This document shows positions 37,724-47,528 of a stretch of DNA of 64,000 nt, one piece after another. Under the pieces are notes generated by a model that worked only from the letters and a program-made list of their open reading frames with translations, had not been told where the DNA came from and searched no databases. Both the position numbers and the translations under genes were made by a program. Every line of letters begins with the position of its first letter. The first letter of the stretch is position 1. This DNA comes from Candidatus Poseidoniaceae archaeon (GTDB lineage: Archaea > Thermoplasmatota > Poseidoniia > Poseidoniales > Poseidoniaceae): positions 12,678 to 76,677 of the forward strand of contig CALKGM010000012.1 in NCBI GenBank assembly GCA_938084675.1, given 5' to 3'.

Positions 37724-38233
37724 GTGACTGAAATCGCCACGAAGTCTTTTGTTAGGGCCCAGGCTTCACAAGAGATTGCCTCAAACTACGCTCAGTTAGA
37801 AGATGCGGAAGTTGTTGCATTGGTGCTGGCCGAACATAAACCAAGTGCGAATGCCTTTATTCGTGGAGTTTGGATCACTGCCGGCAGTTTGTTTGTTGCG
37901 TTTGCTGGAATTGGTATATTCCTCCCTGGCTTCCCAACCACTTCATGGCTCGTAGCAGCGGCTTATTGTTACGGGCGTTCGTCCCAGAAGTTGTTTCAAT
38001 GGCTACTCACCAATCGGTACTTTGGAGGCCCCCTACTCGGATATTACCGGTCGGGTAAAGCCCTACCATTTCACTCAAAAATTGTGATTTGTGGGTTAAT
38101 CGGATTTGTGTCTATTTCATCTATTTGGCTCGTTACAAAGGCAGGAGATCCCGGTTTCGGGCAAGCTACCATCTTCATCGTTGCTGTGCTTGGCATATGG
38201 TGGGTTGGATGGCGTGTTCCAACAACCACATAA
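37724..38233 (+). CDS. YbaN/DUF454 family membrane protein
   Basis: GIGIFLPGFPTT.W..AAA.CY.RSS.KL..WLL.N..FG. Confidence 0.88.
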   Translation: MTEIATKSFVRAQASQEIASNYAQLEDAEVVALVLAEHKPSANAFIRGVWITAGSLFVAFAGIGIFLPGFPTTSWLVAAAYCYGRSSQKLFQWLLTNRYFGGPLLGYYRSGKALPFHSKIVICGLIGFVSISSIWLVTKAGDPGFGQATIFIVAVLGIWWVGWRVPTTT

Positions 38234-38437
38234 TCACTCGACTTGGAAATCATCATACCGCTTTGCGGCATTCTTGCCCGCATCTATGAAGAACATCGGG
38301 AAGATTCCATGAATGATCAGTTGCACTGAACTCAGGCCAAAGCGAAATGACAGGCGAAACGCTCTCAATAAATGTTCAAAATATGTCATTCCAACGTCGT
38401 CTAAATGTCCCAAAAAAATTCACCGCTCCACAAATGG

Positions 38438-40081
38438 TCAATGCCTGAATAGGCGGTGTCCTGTGAATATCATTGCTATGTTACGATTGTTAGCTTCATC
38501 AATGACTTCTTGGTCACGGATTGAGCCTCCGGGTTGAACTACGACGGCCGCACCTGCTTCCGCAGCTTGCTCCAAGCCATCTTTGAACGGGAAAAACGCA
38601 TCGGACGCAAGGACGCAATCTTTGGCTTTGTCACCAGCGCGCCGTGCGGCGATTCGTACTGCTTCAACCCTGCTCGTTTGGCCCGGGCCAATTCCAACGG
38701 TCGCTGTGCCTTGTACCATGACAATCGCATTTGATTTCACTTGCTCACAAACGCGTACTGCAAATTTCATACTGTCAATTTGTGACTGAGTAGGTTCTCG
38801 GTCAGTAACCGTTTTTGCTTCAGCCCAGTCGATGATAGGTGGCTCTTCGGTTTGAACTAACATTCCCCCTTCGACTGGTTTGCGAACAAGGATTCGCTCC
38901 AGTGGAGCCAAGCGGTCTTGGGGTGAATCAATGGTAAGGAGGCGGCGGTTTTTCTTTTCCATCAAGAGAGTTTTTGCTTCAGGTAAAAACGCGGGTGCCA
39001 TCAAGACTTCCACGAAGAGGTTACCAATCGACTCGGCCGTTTCAAACTCAACCGGTTCGTTGAAGCAAATAATGGAGCCAAATGCAGATTCTGGGTCGCT
39101 GGCTAGTGCCATATCAAACGCTTCTTTCTGAGTTGCTGCTAGAGCAGCCCCGCACGGATTATTGTGTTTCACGATAACGCATGCGTGGGGAGTTTGTGGC
39201 CATTCATCTGTTGAGAGTGAGCGGCAAAGGCGGAGCGTTGCATCAGCGTCAGAATAATTGTTGTACGACATCGCCTTACCCCCTTCAACCCGTGCTGTCA
39301 CCAGCGTAGAGTGTTGGCCTGAGTTCAACGGGTCAACATACAAGCCAGCAGCCTGATGTGCATTTTCACCGTATCTGAGAGTATGCATGAGGTGTGCTGA
39401 CGATAGCATAGTGGAGGGTAGGCGTTGACGTTGCTCGTTAACATCAGAGTAGGCAGAAGGATCTCCAATGAAGCGTTGATGGAGTTCATTGGCGATCGCT
39501 GAATCGTATGCTGCTGTATGTTGAAAGGCTTCAAGGGCAAGTTCTCGGCGTAGTTCCATGCTGACCTCTGTCACTTCTTTGGCTTCTCCGATTGCTTTCA
39601 GAAGGCTTTGGTATCGCTTTGGATTTGTTGCAATCAAGACATGTTGATGGTTTTTTGCGGATGCTCTGACCATCGTAGGGCCGCCAATATCAATCATTTC
39701 CAAGAGAGGATTGTCTTCCATGGGCGGATCTTGTGCTGCAGCATTTGAGAAGGGGTAGAGGTTGCATGCTACAACGCGAATAGGCGAATATCCAAGCCGT
39801 TCAAGTTCTGCTCTATCATCATCATTATGAAGACGTGCAAGAAGGGGCCCGTGAATTGCTGGATGAAGGGATTTGACTCTCCCGTCAAAAATTTCTGGGT
39901 GGTTGGTAAGGTCAGAAACATGGAGAACTTCAAGGCCTGAATCCCTGAGCATTTTTGCGGTCCCACCTGTGGAAACCAATTCAAAACCGAGTTTTGCTAA
40001 TCCTGTAGCAAATTCAACGATTCCTGTCTTGTCCCAAACACTGAGTAATGCACGGGGTCGGGATGATTCTGTACCGTTCAT
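38438..40081 (-). CDS. purH: bifunctional AICAR transformylase / IMP cyclohydrolase
   Basis: ALLSVWDKTGI, GRVKSLHP, IDIGGPTMVRASAKN, LRYGEN.HQ, KHNNPCG, ASDAFFPF, FTGHRLFRH. Confidence 0.97.
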   Translation of the reverse strand: MNGTESSRPRALLSVWDKTGIVEFATGLAKLGFELVSTGGTAKMLRDSGLEVLHVSDLTNHPEIFDGRVKSLHPAIHGPLLARLHNDDDRAELERLGYSPIRVVACNLYPFSNAAAQDPPMEDNPLLEMIDIGGPTMVRASAKNHQHVLIATNPKRYQSLLKAIGEAKEVTEVSMELRRELALEAFQHTAAYDSAIANELHQRFIGDPSAYSDVNEQRQRLPSTMLSSAHLMHTLRYGENAHQAAGLYVDPLNSGQHSTLVTARVEGGKAMSYNNYSDADATLRLCRSLSTDEWPQTPHACVIVKHNNPCGAALAATQKEAFDMALASDPESAFGSIICFNEPVEFETAESIGNLFVEVLMAPAFLPEAKTLLMEKKNRRLLTIDSPQDRLAPLERILVRKPVEGGMLVQTEEPPIIDWAEAKTVTDREPTQSQIDSMKFAVRVCEQVKSNAIVMVQGTATVGIGPGQTSRVEAVRIAARRAGDKAKDCVLASDAFFPFKDGLEQAAEAGAAVVVQPGGSIRDQEVIDEANNRNIAMIFTGHRLFRH

Positions 40082-40158
40082 GCAGGAGGCCCGTTATCGT
40101 ATTGGCCCCGTCCAATGCTCTTGAACATAGCGCAAGGCCACATTGGCTGAGTAGGAGG

Positions 40159-41748
40159 TCAATCACCGCGGGCCGAAATCACTTGGTCGACTCGCAGTAG
40201 CCCACAGGCGGTTTCAGTAGCGGCCTCGATTCCGTGCAGAAGTGTCTCCGTTGGCGCCCATGCCTGTTCAACAACTTCAACTGAGCCAGAAGGGCCAATA
40301 CCGGATTCGTAATTTCCGTTTCGATGTGCTGAACGAAGAGCAAGTAGGGTGTCCAATTGGTCAACGCCCGCATTAGTTGCGAGGGTGGAGGGAATTGATT
40401 CAAGCGCGCGAGCAAAGGCTTCCATTGCTAATCGTTGACGCCCAGATTCTTGCTCAGCTGCTTCCTTGACCGCAAGAGCAGCGGCCATTTCCGCACTTCC
40501 CCCTCCGCGCACAAGGGCATGCGTTTCCATCACTTGGGCGGTTGACCTAAGGGCGTCATACAAGCCACGAATGACCTCTTCTGCCGCCACTCCATCGCCA
40601 CCTCCAACGTCAATCGTTGCCAGGCCCGCAGAGTCTCCAAACCTCATGCAAAGTCGTTCTCTCCGACCGTCTAAACTTTCGCTTGTTTCAATTGTCAAAT
40701 GTTCAAAGGTACCGAGAGATGCTTCTGTAAGGTCGTCAAGGTGGTCGCACATTGAAGCGCCGGATGCTTGGGCAATATCTTCAATGCCTGCTCGCTCAAG
40801 CCCGCCCAAAACAAAACATCCTGCATCGGTGAGGGCGTGGAAGATGCTGGGTTCAATGGTTTCCGCTGAGAAAATAGCAGAAGCCCCGGTGTCTATTATT
40901 TGCTGAATTTTTTTCTTTAAAATAGCATCCTTAGCATCAACGAATGCCATCCATTCGTCGGCTGTTTCAACCTCGATATCAGCGTCCCTCGAAGATGTTT
41001 CATAATCGAGAGGGCAAGTGAGGGCGACTAACGTCCCTGCACCAAGGCGGCGAGGTAAACGGTCTAGAATCAGTGCCGTGTCCAAAATTAAACCGTCAAG
41101 AAGTCGAGAGTTCAGCAAATTGCCCTGGGTCCGCTTTGCCATCCGAATGTCTTCGTAATTGACTCCACCATCACTATCGGACACCGTTTGGAGCCCGTCT
41201 ACAACCAATTCTGCAAGGAATGTCCCCTCAATATCCGCAGCGGTACCGTTCATTGATGTCTTGGCAACATGGACAAGTTGCTCACGAGACAGGTCCCATT
41301 CACTTGAGCTGGCCTCTATGGATTTGCGTGTCACTGCCACTGCTTTGAGGTAGCCATCATTTAGAATCAGCGGATGCAAGCCACGTCCAAGCAATCGTCC
41401 GGCTTCTCTCATAAGTTCACTAGCAAAGATCATGCAACCTGTGACTCCGTCCCCACAAGCATGTTCTTGGGCTTCTGCAAGCTGAACGAAGGCTTTTGCA
41501 GCCGGGTGTTTGACAAGCAACTCTGAAACGATTTTTGCTCCGTCATTGGTTACAGCCGTCGTCCCGTTTGTTTTGTAAAGCATCTTGTCCAGGCCTTGTG
41601 GGCCAAATGTTCCACGCATCAAATCGCCAAAGGCTACTGCGGCTGTTACGAGTTTTTGTGTTACTCCCACGCCGCTGGTGACGGTGGTTGTTGGCCGCAC
41701 AATTGTAACGGGCGCGCGCCCGCTGCCGTCATTGTTCGCTTGAGCCAT
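40159..41748 (-). CDS. group II chaperonin (thermosome/CCT) subunit, divergent
   Basis: TFGPQGLDKML, TNDGA, HPAAK, GDGVT (normally GDGTT), GGGS.E, FARALE.IP.TLA.NAG, LLRVD. Confidence 0.9.
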   Translation of the reverse strand: MAQANNDGSGRAPVTIVRPTTTVTSGVGVTQKLVTAAVAFGDLMRGTFGPQGLDKMLYKTNGTTAVTNDGAKIVSELLVKHPAAKAFVQLAEAQEHACGDGVTGCMIFASELMREAGRLLGRGLHPLILNDGYLKAVAVTRKSIEASSSEWDLSREQLVHVAKTSMNGTAADIEGTFLAELVVDGLQTVSDSDGGVNYEDIRMAKRTQGNLLNSRLLDGLILDTALILDRLPRRLGAGTLVALTCPLDYETSSRDADIEVETADEWMAFVDAKDAILKKKIQQIIDTGASAIFSAETIEPSIFHALTDAGCFVLGGLERAGIEDIAQASGASMCDHLDDLTEASLGTFEHLTIETSESLDGRRERLCMRFGDSAGLATIDVGGGDGVAAEEVIRGLYDALRSTAQVMETHALVRGGGSAEMAAALAVKEAAEQESGRQRLAMEAFARALESIPSTLATNAGVDQLDTLLALRSAHRNGNYESGIGPSGSVEVVEQAWAPTETLLHGIEAATETACGLLRVDQVISARGD

Positions 41749-41798
41749 TAGAGCACCCCTGGCGGCTCAACTTCTTGAACCCTTTATTGCCTGGAGTT

Positions 41799-43892
41799 TC
41801 ACTTCTTCTTTGCCTTGTTGGCAGTGCCTGACTTCCTAGGAGCAGCTTTCTTTGCGTGTTTGCCAAGTTTGTGCATCTTCTGTGACTCATTGTGGGACCA
41901 ATGGTAGGCCATCTTCAACAACTTGAGGTAATGTTCATTGCCGTCCTTTACCATCTTGTCATGAAGGACTTCGTTGGTCATGAACACGTCGCCCCAAAGT
42001 TGTGCAGCGGTACCTTTGTCGCCCTTGGGCATGTCGAAAACTTCCTTGACTGTTGGGTCAAGGTATGCTCGCCAAACACGTGCTGGGTTGACCGCCATGG
42101 TAACTTCAACGATAATTTCGTTCTCGTTGATTCCAGTACCGGTTTGCCATGTGTCTTCACCGAGGTCAGCGAGGAATGGTAGACATAGGTCCTGAATCGA
42201 GAGGCTCGTCATTGGGTCAGCATTGGTTAGTGCGGCATATGCCTCACGCATGCGTCCACGGTCAGCGCCACGGGAGGCGGTTTGGAAGCGGAGCTTGTCA
42301 ATGGATGTTGGGACCAGGAAACGAACATCGGTATAGTAGACCAGTGGGTTATCATCGGACGAATTGAAGATGTGTTCAAACGGCGCAGGTCCTGCAGATT
42401 CTCCAAGTAAATCCATCGGATAAACGGTCTTCAAGGCGTTGGTGGCAACGGATTGAATGATACGGCGCATAAGGCGCTCGGGTGCTGCGGAAACATCGTT
42501 GAACGTATCGAGGTATTCTTGCATGTTGAGGATGTCATATCCACGGACGGAAAGAATAGAGTGAACGTTTGGTCCAATCACCTTCTCTCCATCGACTTCA
42601 GCTTGGCTAATCCATCGGGAACCTTTGGCTACATCTGAAGCAGCAACAAGGTCAGCGTAGGCCTTGAAACGTCGGGTGACTCGGTTCATGAAGTCGGCTT
42701 GGTCGAGTTTTGTGAACACGGTTGAGCCATAGTTTGACTTGAGTGCATGGTCAGCAACTTGGCTGGCGTTAGCACACGTCAAGAGGTTGCCTTGGTCGCT
42801 CGGATACATGATCAAGCGGCGACGCTTGGCTGCCCCACCAAGTGTTCCCACTTGCGGGTCAGTCAATATGTAACCAAGAGTTGCACAAACCTCGAAGAGG
42901 CGACTGTACTTGTCTTCATCGCTTGAGTTTCCAATCCATTCGTCGAGGCCAGGCTCAATGCAGTGGAATTCCAGGGGAACCATCTCCGAACCGGCGCCAA
43001 ATGCTTGGCGAACGGTAGAGGATTGCATCATTCCCATCATGGTGTAAAGAGAAGTTTTTCCTGTTGTCAGGTAAACGTCTGAAATTCCTTCTTCCCCAAA
43101 GGAAGAGCGACGGTCTGGTAGATTGACGAGGAGGTTGAACGCAGTTGCTGTTTCACGGTTTCCGTTAACAGCAGGCCAAATCCAAGTGTTTGGACGGGTC
43201 ATGAGGTAGCCGGAAGCGTCTTTTCCGAAACCAGCAGGTGAGTATCGAATCCATCCCAGTCGGTTGTTGAACGACACATTGCGGTGCATGAGCGAAGGAT
43301 AGTAAACTCGGTCAAGAGGGTCGGAGTCAGGTACCACTCCACGGTGTCCGAGTCCCCAAAGGATAACTTCCCACTCTGGGAAATCTTGTCCTTCCTTAGT
43401 GCCAAGAAGAAGGTGGTTATCGTTTCGCGTGTCGCCTTCAAGAATAGCTCCACCCATTCGCTCTTCGTCGCCTGTTGAGCAAAAGAAGAAGGTCTGGGTC
43501 GTGAACAATTGCTTTGGAGTCCACATGTTTGCGTTAATCACTGTTTTTTGCTTGAGATAGTCTGAGATGTTCTCAATTCGTCGTTCAAACTTGAAACGGT
43601 CGGAGTCAATCCAGGAAGATCCGAGAACGATATTTGTGTTCAGGAGTTTCGCTGATGCTGGTCCAATGTACCGAGTTCGTGCATCTGCGCGACTGTGGTC
43701 AGAAGCAGGGATTTCTTCCCAAGGACCTCTGCGAGGAATGTATGTCATGAACGTTACATCATCGAACTTATTGTCCTCTGCTTTTGCAACTACGGCTTCA
43801 ACTTCATCCATGAGCTTGACGTATGTCTCGCTCGGAAGGATGCGTTGTGTTTCTTTGTATGCTTTATCTGATACGCTACGATGTTCCCACAT
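41799..43892 (-). CDS. hypothetical soluble protein, 697 aa, with a basic C-terminal tail
   Basis: Long ORF with a strong GAGGTGA RBS overlapping the upstream stop; no motif recognised. Confidence 0.8.
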   Translation of the reverse strand: MWEHRSVSDKAYKETQRILPSETYVKLMDEVEAVVAKAEDNKFDDVTFMTYIPRRGPWEEIPASDHSRADARTRYIGPASAKLLNTNIVLGSSWIDSDRFKFERRIENISDYLKQKTVINANMWTPKQLFTTQTFFFCSTGDEERMGGAILEGDTRNDNHLLLGTKEGQDFPEWEVILWGLGHRGVVPDSDPLDRVYYPSLMHRNVSFNNRLGWIRYSPAGFGKDASGYLMTRPNTWIWPAVNGNRETATAFNLLVNLPDRRSSFGEEGISDVYLTTGKTSLYTMMGMMQSSTVRQAFGAGSEMVPLEFHCIEPGLDEWIGNSSDEDKYSRLFEVCATLGYILTDPQVGTLGGAAKRRRLIMYPSDQGNLLTCANASQVADHALKSNYGSTVFTKLDQADFMNRVTRRFKAYADLVAASDVAKGSRWISQAEVDGEKVIGPNVHSILSVRGYDILNMQEYLDTFNDVSAAPERLMRRIIQSVATNALKTVYPMDLLGESAGPAPFEHIFNSSDDNPLVYYTDVRFLVPTSIDKLRFQTASRGADRGRMREAYAALTNADPMTSLSIQDLCLPFLADLGEDTWQTGTGINENEIIVEVTMAVNPARVWRAYLDPTVKEVFDMPKGDKGTAAQLWGDVFMTNEVLHDKMVKDGNEHYLKLLKMAYHWSHNESQKMHKLGKHAKKAAPRKSGTANKAKKK

Positions 43893-43903
43893 TTTTCTTC
43901 ACC

Positions 43904-44548
43904 TCAAAATTTCTTTCTGTCTTCGGGGACCTCTTCGGCCTCCTCTGCGACTGCTTCTTCAACCTCGACTTCCGCCTCCGGTTGTTCTTGGACTGTTTCT
44001 TCTTCAACCGCAGCTTCCGCCTCTGGTTCTTCTTCAACCGCAGCTTCCGCCTCATCATCTTCGTCGTTGCTAGCATCGGGGTCTAGCATTTCAATCACGG
44101 TGTCTTCAGCTGTTTCCTTAGCGACCTCTGCGGCTGCAACGGTGGCTGCTTCCTCAGCCTTTGAAATCAAATCTGCTTCATCAACTCGTCCCGCAGTAGC
44201 CTGGTCAAGGATCATTGCTGCAGTGGCGACCATGGACGAATCAACCATGGGAGCGCCTTTGTAGATGTACTGGACGGCCAATCCGAGAAGGCCGAAAACG
44301 GCGCCTGAAGCCATAACCCATCCGCTGTTATTGCGCTGGGTGTCAGTGACGTCAATATTGGTCTCAACTCCGGTAACCGGAGGAATTTGCATATCTGTGA
44401 AGTAGGTATTTGTGAGGACTTCGATGACGGCCCAAACAGCGTAGAGAATCATGATAAGTGAAAGCCCATTGAGCCATGAACGGTTTTCAAGAAGGAAGGC
44501 AATTGCTCCGCTTTCGCTGTTTTCCTGTGGCGTTTCGTTGTCGGACAT
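43904..44548 (-). CDS. 2-TM membrane protein with an acidic A/E-rich repetitive C-terminal tail
   Basis: TMs LSLIMILYAVWAVI and VMASGAVFGLLGLAVQYIY; duplicated AEAAVEEE (direct repeat 43997-44023 / 44027-44053). Confidence 0.75.
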   Translation of the reverse strand: MSDNETPQENSESGAIAFLLENRSWLNGLSLIMILYAVWAVIEVLTNTYFTDMQIPPVTGVETNIDVTDTQRNNSGWVMASGAVFGLLGLAVQYIYKGAPMVDSSMVATAAMILDQATAGRVDEADLISKAEEAATVAAAEVAKETAEDTVIEMLDPDASNDEDDEAEAAVEEEPEAEAAVEEETVQEQPEAEVEVEEAVAEEAEEVPEDRKKF

Positions 44549-44647
44549 GAGGAATCCTCTATCCGCAAAGGCCCGGTTATTCACTATTAAAGATGGCCCC
44601 GATATTTATCTTGTGCGCCCCCGAAGTGGCCTCTTTTCACTCTGTGG

Positions 44648-46030
44648 TCAACGTCTTGATTTCTTTCCTTTGTTCCCGCCTTTACGACGTGAGTTATCCC
44701 AGGCAGAATTGCCCTTTCCTTTGGCCCTCTTATCGCTCCTAAATGCATTTGGACGCGCAAGTGAATCAGGCATCTCATCAAACGATTCGATGCTGAGGCG
44801 AATCCCCCCGAGTTCGTCCTGAAGTTGTTTGACATTGTCTCCCCCGCGGCCAACAAGTGTTGCAATCATGTTTTGAGGGGCATAAACTGTAGCGGCACTT
44901 TCACTGCTGAATTCTACTTGGCAGTCCACTCCTACCCACTGGCGTATGTGTGAAGCAATCTGTTCTTTGGCTAGAGCCTTCAATGGCGACATGCCCTTCT
45001 TCGTTCCGTCGATGGGTACAACGGCAATTTCGGAGCCGAAAGCGAACATTTCATGGGTGATTTTCCCACTTGGAAATTCGATAACTTCAATGACGGGGCG
45101 TGCAAGCTCCTCTTGCATCCCTGTTGGGGGTTTTACTGTCATTCGCAGTTCGAGCACTTGTTGAATTGCCCCTGCCTCAACGTGGATGATGGTGTCAAGA
45201 ACTTGGCTTACGAGCCCCAGTTCTACCTTTCCAATCAATCGCTGGATGGCTTCCAATGCAGAATTTGCGTGGGTGACGCCCAACAGGCCAACTCCTGCGA
45301 GGCGAACATCGGAAAAAATTTCGAAATCTCGTGCACGGCGAACTTCGTCAAAGATGACAAAGTCGGGTCTCACGAGGAAGAGGATCTCAGCGGTTTTTTC
45401 AAGGTCGCCTTCCAACGGCGCATATTGTGTAATTCGGTCTGCAAGTTGCAGGTCTCTAGGAGCCTCCATTGTCTTGACCAAGGCGCCGACATCCGTGTCA
45501 AGATATTCTGCAATCGCTTGTGCAAGAGTTGTTTTTCCAGACCCTGGGCGTCCACAAATGAAGACTCCGCGATGGTGATTACTCAAACGGGTAATGAGGC
45601 GTTCATCGAGATTGTAATCTGAAATACTCAGTTTGGCAACAGGTCGAACCACTGTAATTTCACGTGCGTCTGAAAACGGTGGCCAAGCGCAAGCAATACG
45701 TAAATCGCCGAGCTGAATAACTCTGCATCCCTTTCGGTCTATTTCCAAAAAGCAGTCACTGCGGTGTCGGTTATCTTCTACTAACTCTGCTAATTCGTCG
45801 CTTAACGCTTCAACTCGTAGCGTATCCCAGTCGGTCCCGCTATCTTCTACTTCGACCAATTTGAGTTGTCCAATTGTTCCTCGTTTCACACGTGGCGGGC
45901 ACTCGGCTTTGAGAAAGACCGTGTGTACATCGTCTTCCAAAAGGGCCTCAAGAGCGTCGGGTAATGTTGGGTGATCGCCGAATGTAGCCATGATACTCGT
46001 GTTTAGGCCATCGGCCTCTGCCTTTGACAC
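44648..46030 (-). CDS. PINA-family (PilT/VirB11-like) ATPase with a C-terminal KH domain, lacking the N-terminal PIN domain
   Basis: PPFSD..EIT.VRP, Walker A GRPGSGKT, KTMEAPRDLQ, LLVRPD-like FLVRPDFVIFDEVR, VELG...Q.LDT, ARPVIEV, KH motif GRGG. Confidence 0.85.
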   Translation of the reverse strand: MSKAEADGLNTSIMATFGDHPTLPDALEALLEDDVHTVFLKAECPPRVKRGTIGQLKLVEVEDSGTDWDTLRVEALSDELAELVEDNRHRSDCFLEIDRKGCRVIQLGDLRIACAWPPFSDAREITVVRPVAKLSISDYNLDERLITRLSNHHRGVFICGRPGSGKTTLAQAIAEYLDTDVGALVKTMEAPRDLQLADRITQYAPLEGDLEKTAEILFLVRPDFVIFDEVRRARDFEIFSDVRLAGVGLLGVTHANSALEAIQRLIGKVELGLVSQVLDTIIHVEAGAIQQVLELRMTVKPPTGMQEELARPVIEVIEFPSGKITHEMFAFGSEIAVVPIDGTKKGMSPLKALAKEQIASHIRQWVGVDCQVEFSSESAATVYAPQNMIATLVGRGGDNVKQLQDELGGIRLSIESFDEMPDSLARPNAFRSDKRAKGKGNSAWDNSRRKGGNKGKKSRR

Positions 46031-46076
46031 TTCGCATGAAAGACAACAGGAATATGCAGTTAGCGATACAACGTTT

Positions 46077-46472
46077 TCAGTTGCCGTTGGGTTGAATCAT
46101 AAACCCTGTGAGCCAGAATGAGCCGACAAAAGCGAGAGACAAGATATAGGCGCCAACGGTTGGAAAGGCCCACATTGAAACTGAAACTTGTGCGAAAACA
46201 ACGATGCTGGCAACAACGGCAATCATCTGCCACGGTCCGTTTCCTTGCAGGTGAAGTGTTGAAGTCATGACTTCACGCTCAGAGAGCCCCCATATCAATC
46301 CGGTAAGAGCAGATAGGGCAATGAGTGATTGCATGCCTGCTGTAACGGTTCCTTCAAGGTACCAAACACCCAATGAAGCAACCAAGGTTGCGGCAAACAT
46401 GCGCTGGACGGTTGTAAAAGCAAGTCCCATGATGAAGGGCAAGTGCTGTTGATTTTTGAATACTCGCAACAC
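46077..46472 (-). CDS. small 4-TM membrane protein
   Basis: Four hydrophobic segments; real start probably ATG 46430 (MGLAF). Confidence 0.65.
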   Translation of the reverse strand: MLRVFKNQQHLPFIMGLAFTTVQRMFAATLVASLGVWYLEGTVTAGMQSLIALSALTGLIWGLSEREVMTSTLHLQGNGPWQMIAVVASIVVFAQVSVSMWAFPTVGAYILSLAFVGSFWLTGFMIQPNGN

Positions 46473-46493
46473 CTTGAATGGTTTTGAGGTGGT

Positions 46494-47405
46494 TCAATAC
46501 TGATTCAAATCTCGGAACCATTGATTCAATGTAAGAAGGTCTTCTGCATTGGGATAAATCGTGGGGGTTCCTGATTTCACGCCTTCAAGGAAGAACATCC
46601 ACTCGTGGTAGAGTGGGGAGTTGATGTTGGAAAATTCAACCTTTTTCAGCAGACCAGATTGGTCCAGATGCATCTCTGGGTTTGACCCGAACGTTAACTT
46701 AAGGCGTCCATTTTGGCCAATTAATATCAGTTCACGGAGTTCAGACTCTGCATTCCAAGAAACATCGATAACGAGGCGCTTCTGTTCCGCACCTCTTGTA
46801 TCAAGGAGCATTTCATCCGGTAGATGCTCAAAGACTTCGGGGGCGGCCTTTGCCATTTCCTTCATTCCGAAAAAAAGTGAAAGATCAAAGCCGTGGATCG
46901 CCAGTGTTTTCATCGCTTCAGCGCCATCAGGGCGGTCTCGTTTTGTCCGGCGCCGGTAGTGAAGTTCGCGCAGTACCCCAATAACTCCGTCGTCCAATTG
47001 TTGTTTCATCGCCATCACGCCCTGATGATGGCGTAGGAGAAAACCCGTAACCAGCGTATTGTCCGAGTTTAAAGAATTTAGAAATTCATGTTCATCTTCC
47101 AAGCGATCGCTCAGGGGCTTTTCTACGAAAATTGGAATCGTTCTTGCAATGCCCTTTGATGCAAGTTCAAGGTGAGAGGTTGGCGGGGTGACGATAGCGA
47201 TGCAGTTCACCACTTCAGCTCCAAGCATATGCTCAAATTCGGTGAAGGATGCATCGACGTGTTCCGATAAATCTGTGAGTTGGTTGGAGTCAAGGTCGCA
47301 AACTGAAATATGATTCACATGACCTTCTTTTTTCAATTGAATAAGGGTTTCAAGGTGGCGTTTGCCCCATCTGCCGTTGCCTACTAATCCCACATTTACC
47401 TCCAT
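46494..47405 (-). CDS. Gfo/Idh/MocA family oxidoreductase
   Basis: VGLVGNGRWG..H, IVTPP..H, FVEKPL, GFLLRH, IH.FD. Confidence 0.88.
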   Translation of the reverse strand: MEVNVGLVGNGRWGKRHLETLIQLKKEGHVNHISVCDLDSNQLTDLSEHVDASFTEFEHMLGAEVVNCIAIVTPPTSHLELASKGIARTIPIFVEKPLSDRLEDEHEFLNSLNSDNTLVTGFLLRHHQGVMAMKQQLDDGVIGVLRELHYRRRTKRDRPDGAEAMKTLAIHGFDLSLFFGMKEMAKAAPEVFEHLPDEMLLDTRGAEQKRLVIDVSWNAESELRELILIGQNGRLKLTFGSNPEMHLDQSGLLKKVEFSNINSPLYHEWMFFLEGVKSGTPTIYPNAEDLLTLNQWFRDLNQY

Positions 47406-47528
47406 GGAATCACCTCACTCGTAACTACAGGGCTCAAACGATTGGCCTTGAAGGTTCGTTTTCACTAATTTAATGGAAGTGGGCATTGAAGTGAGAGATG
47501 GTTACTCAGGGGGTGTTGATGTTCTTCT

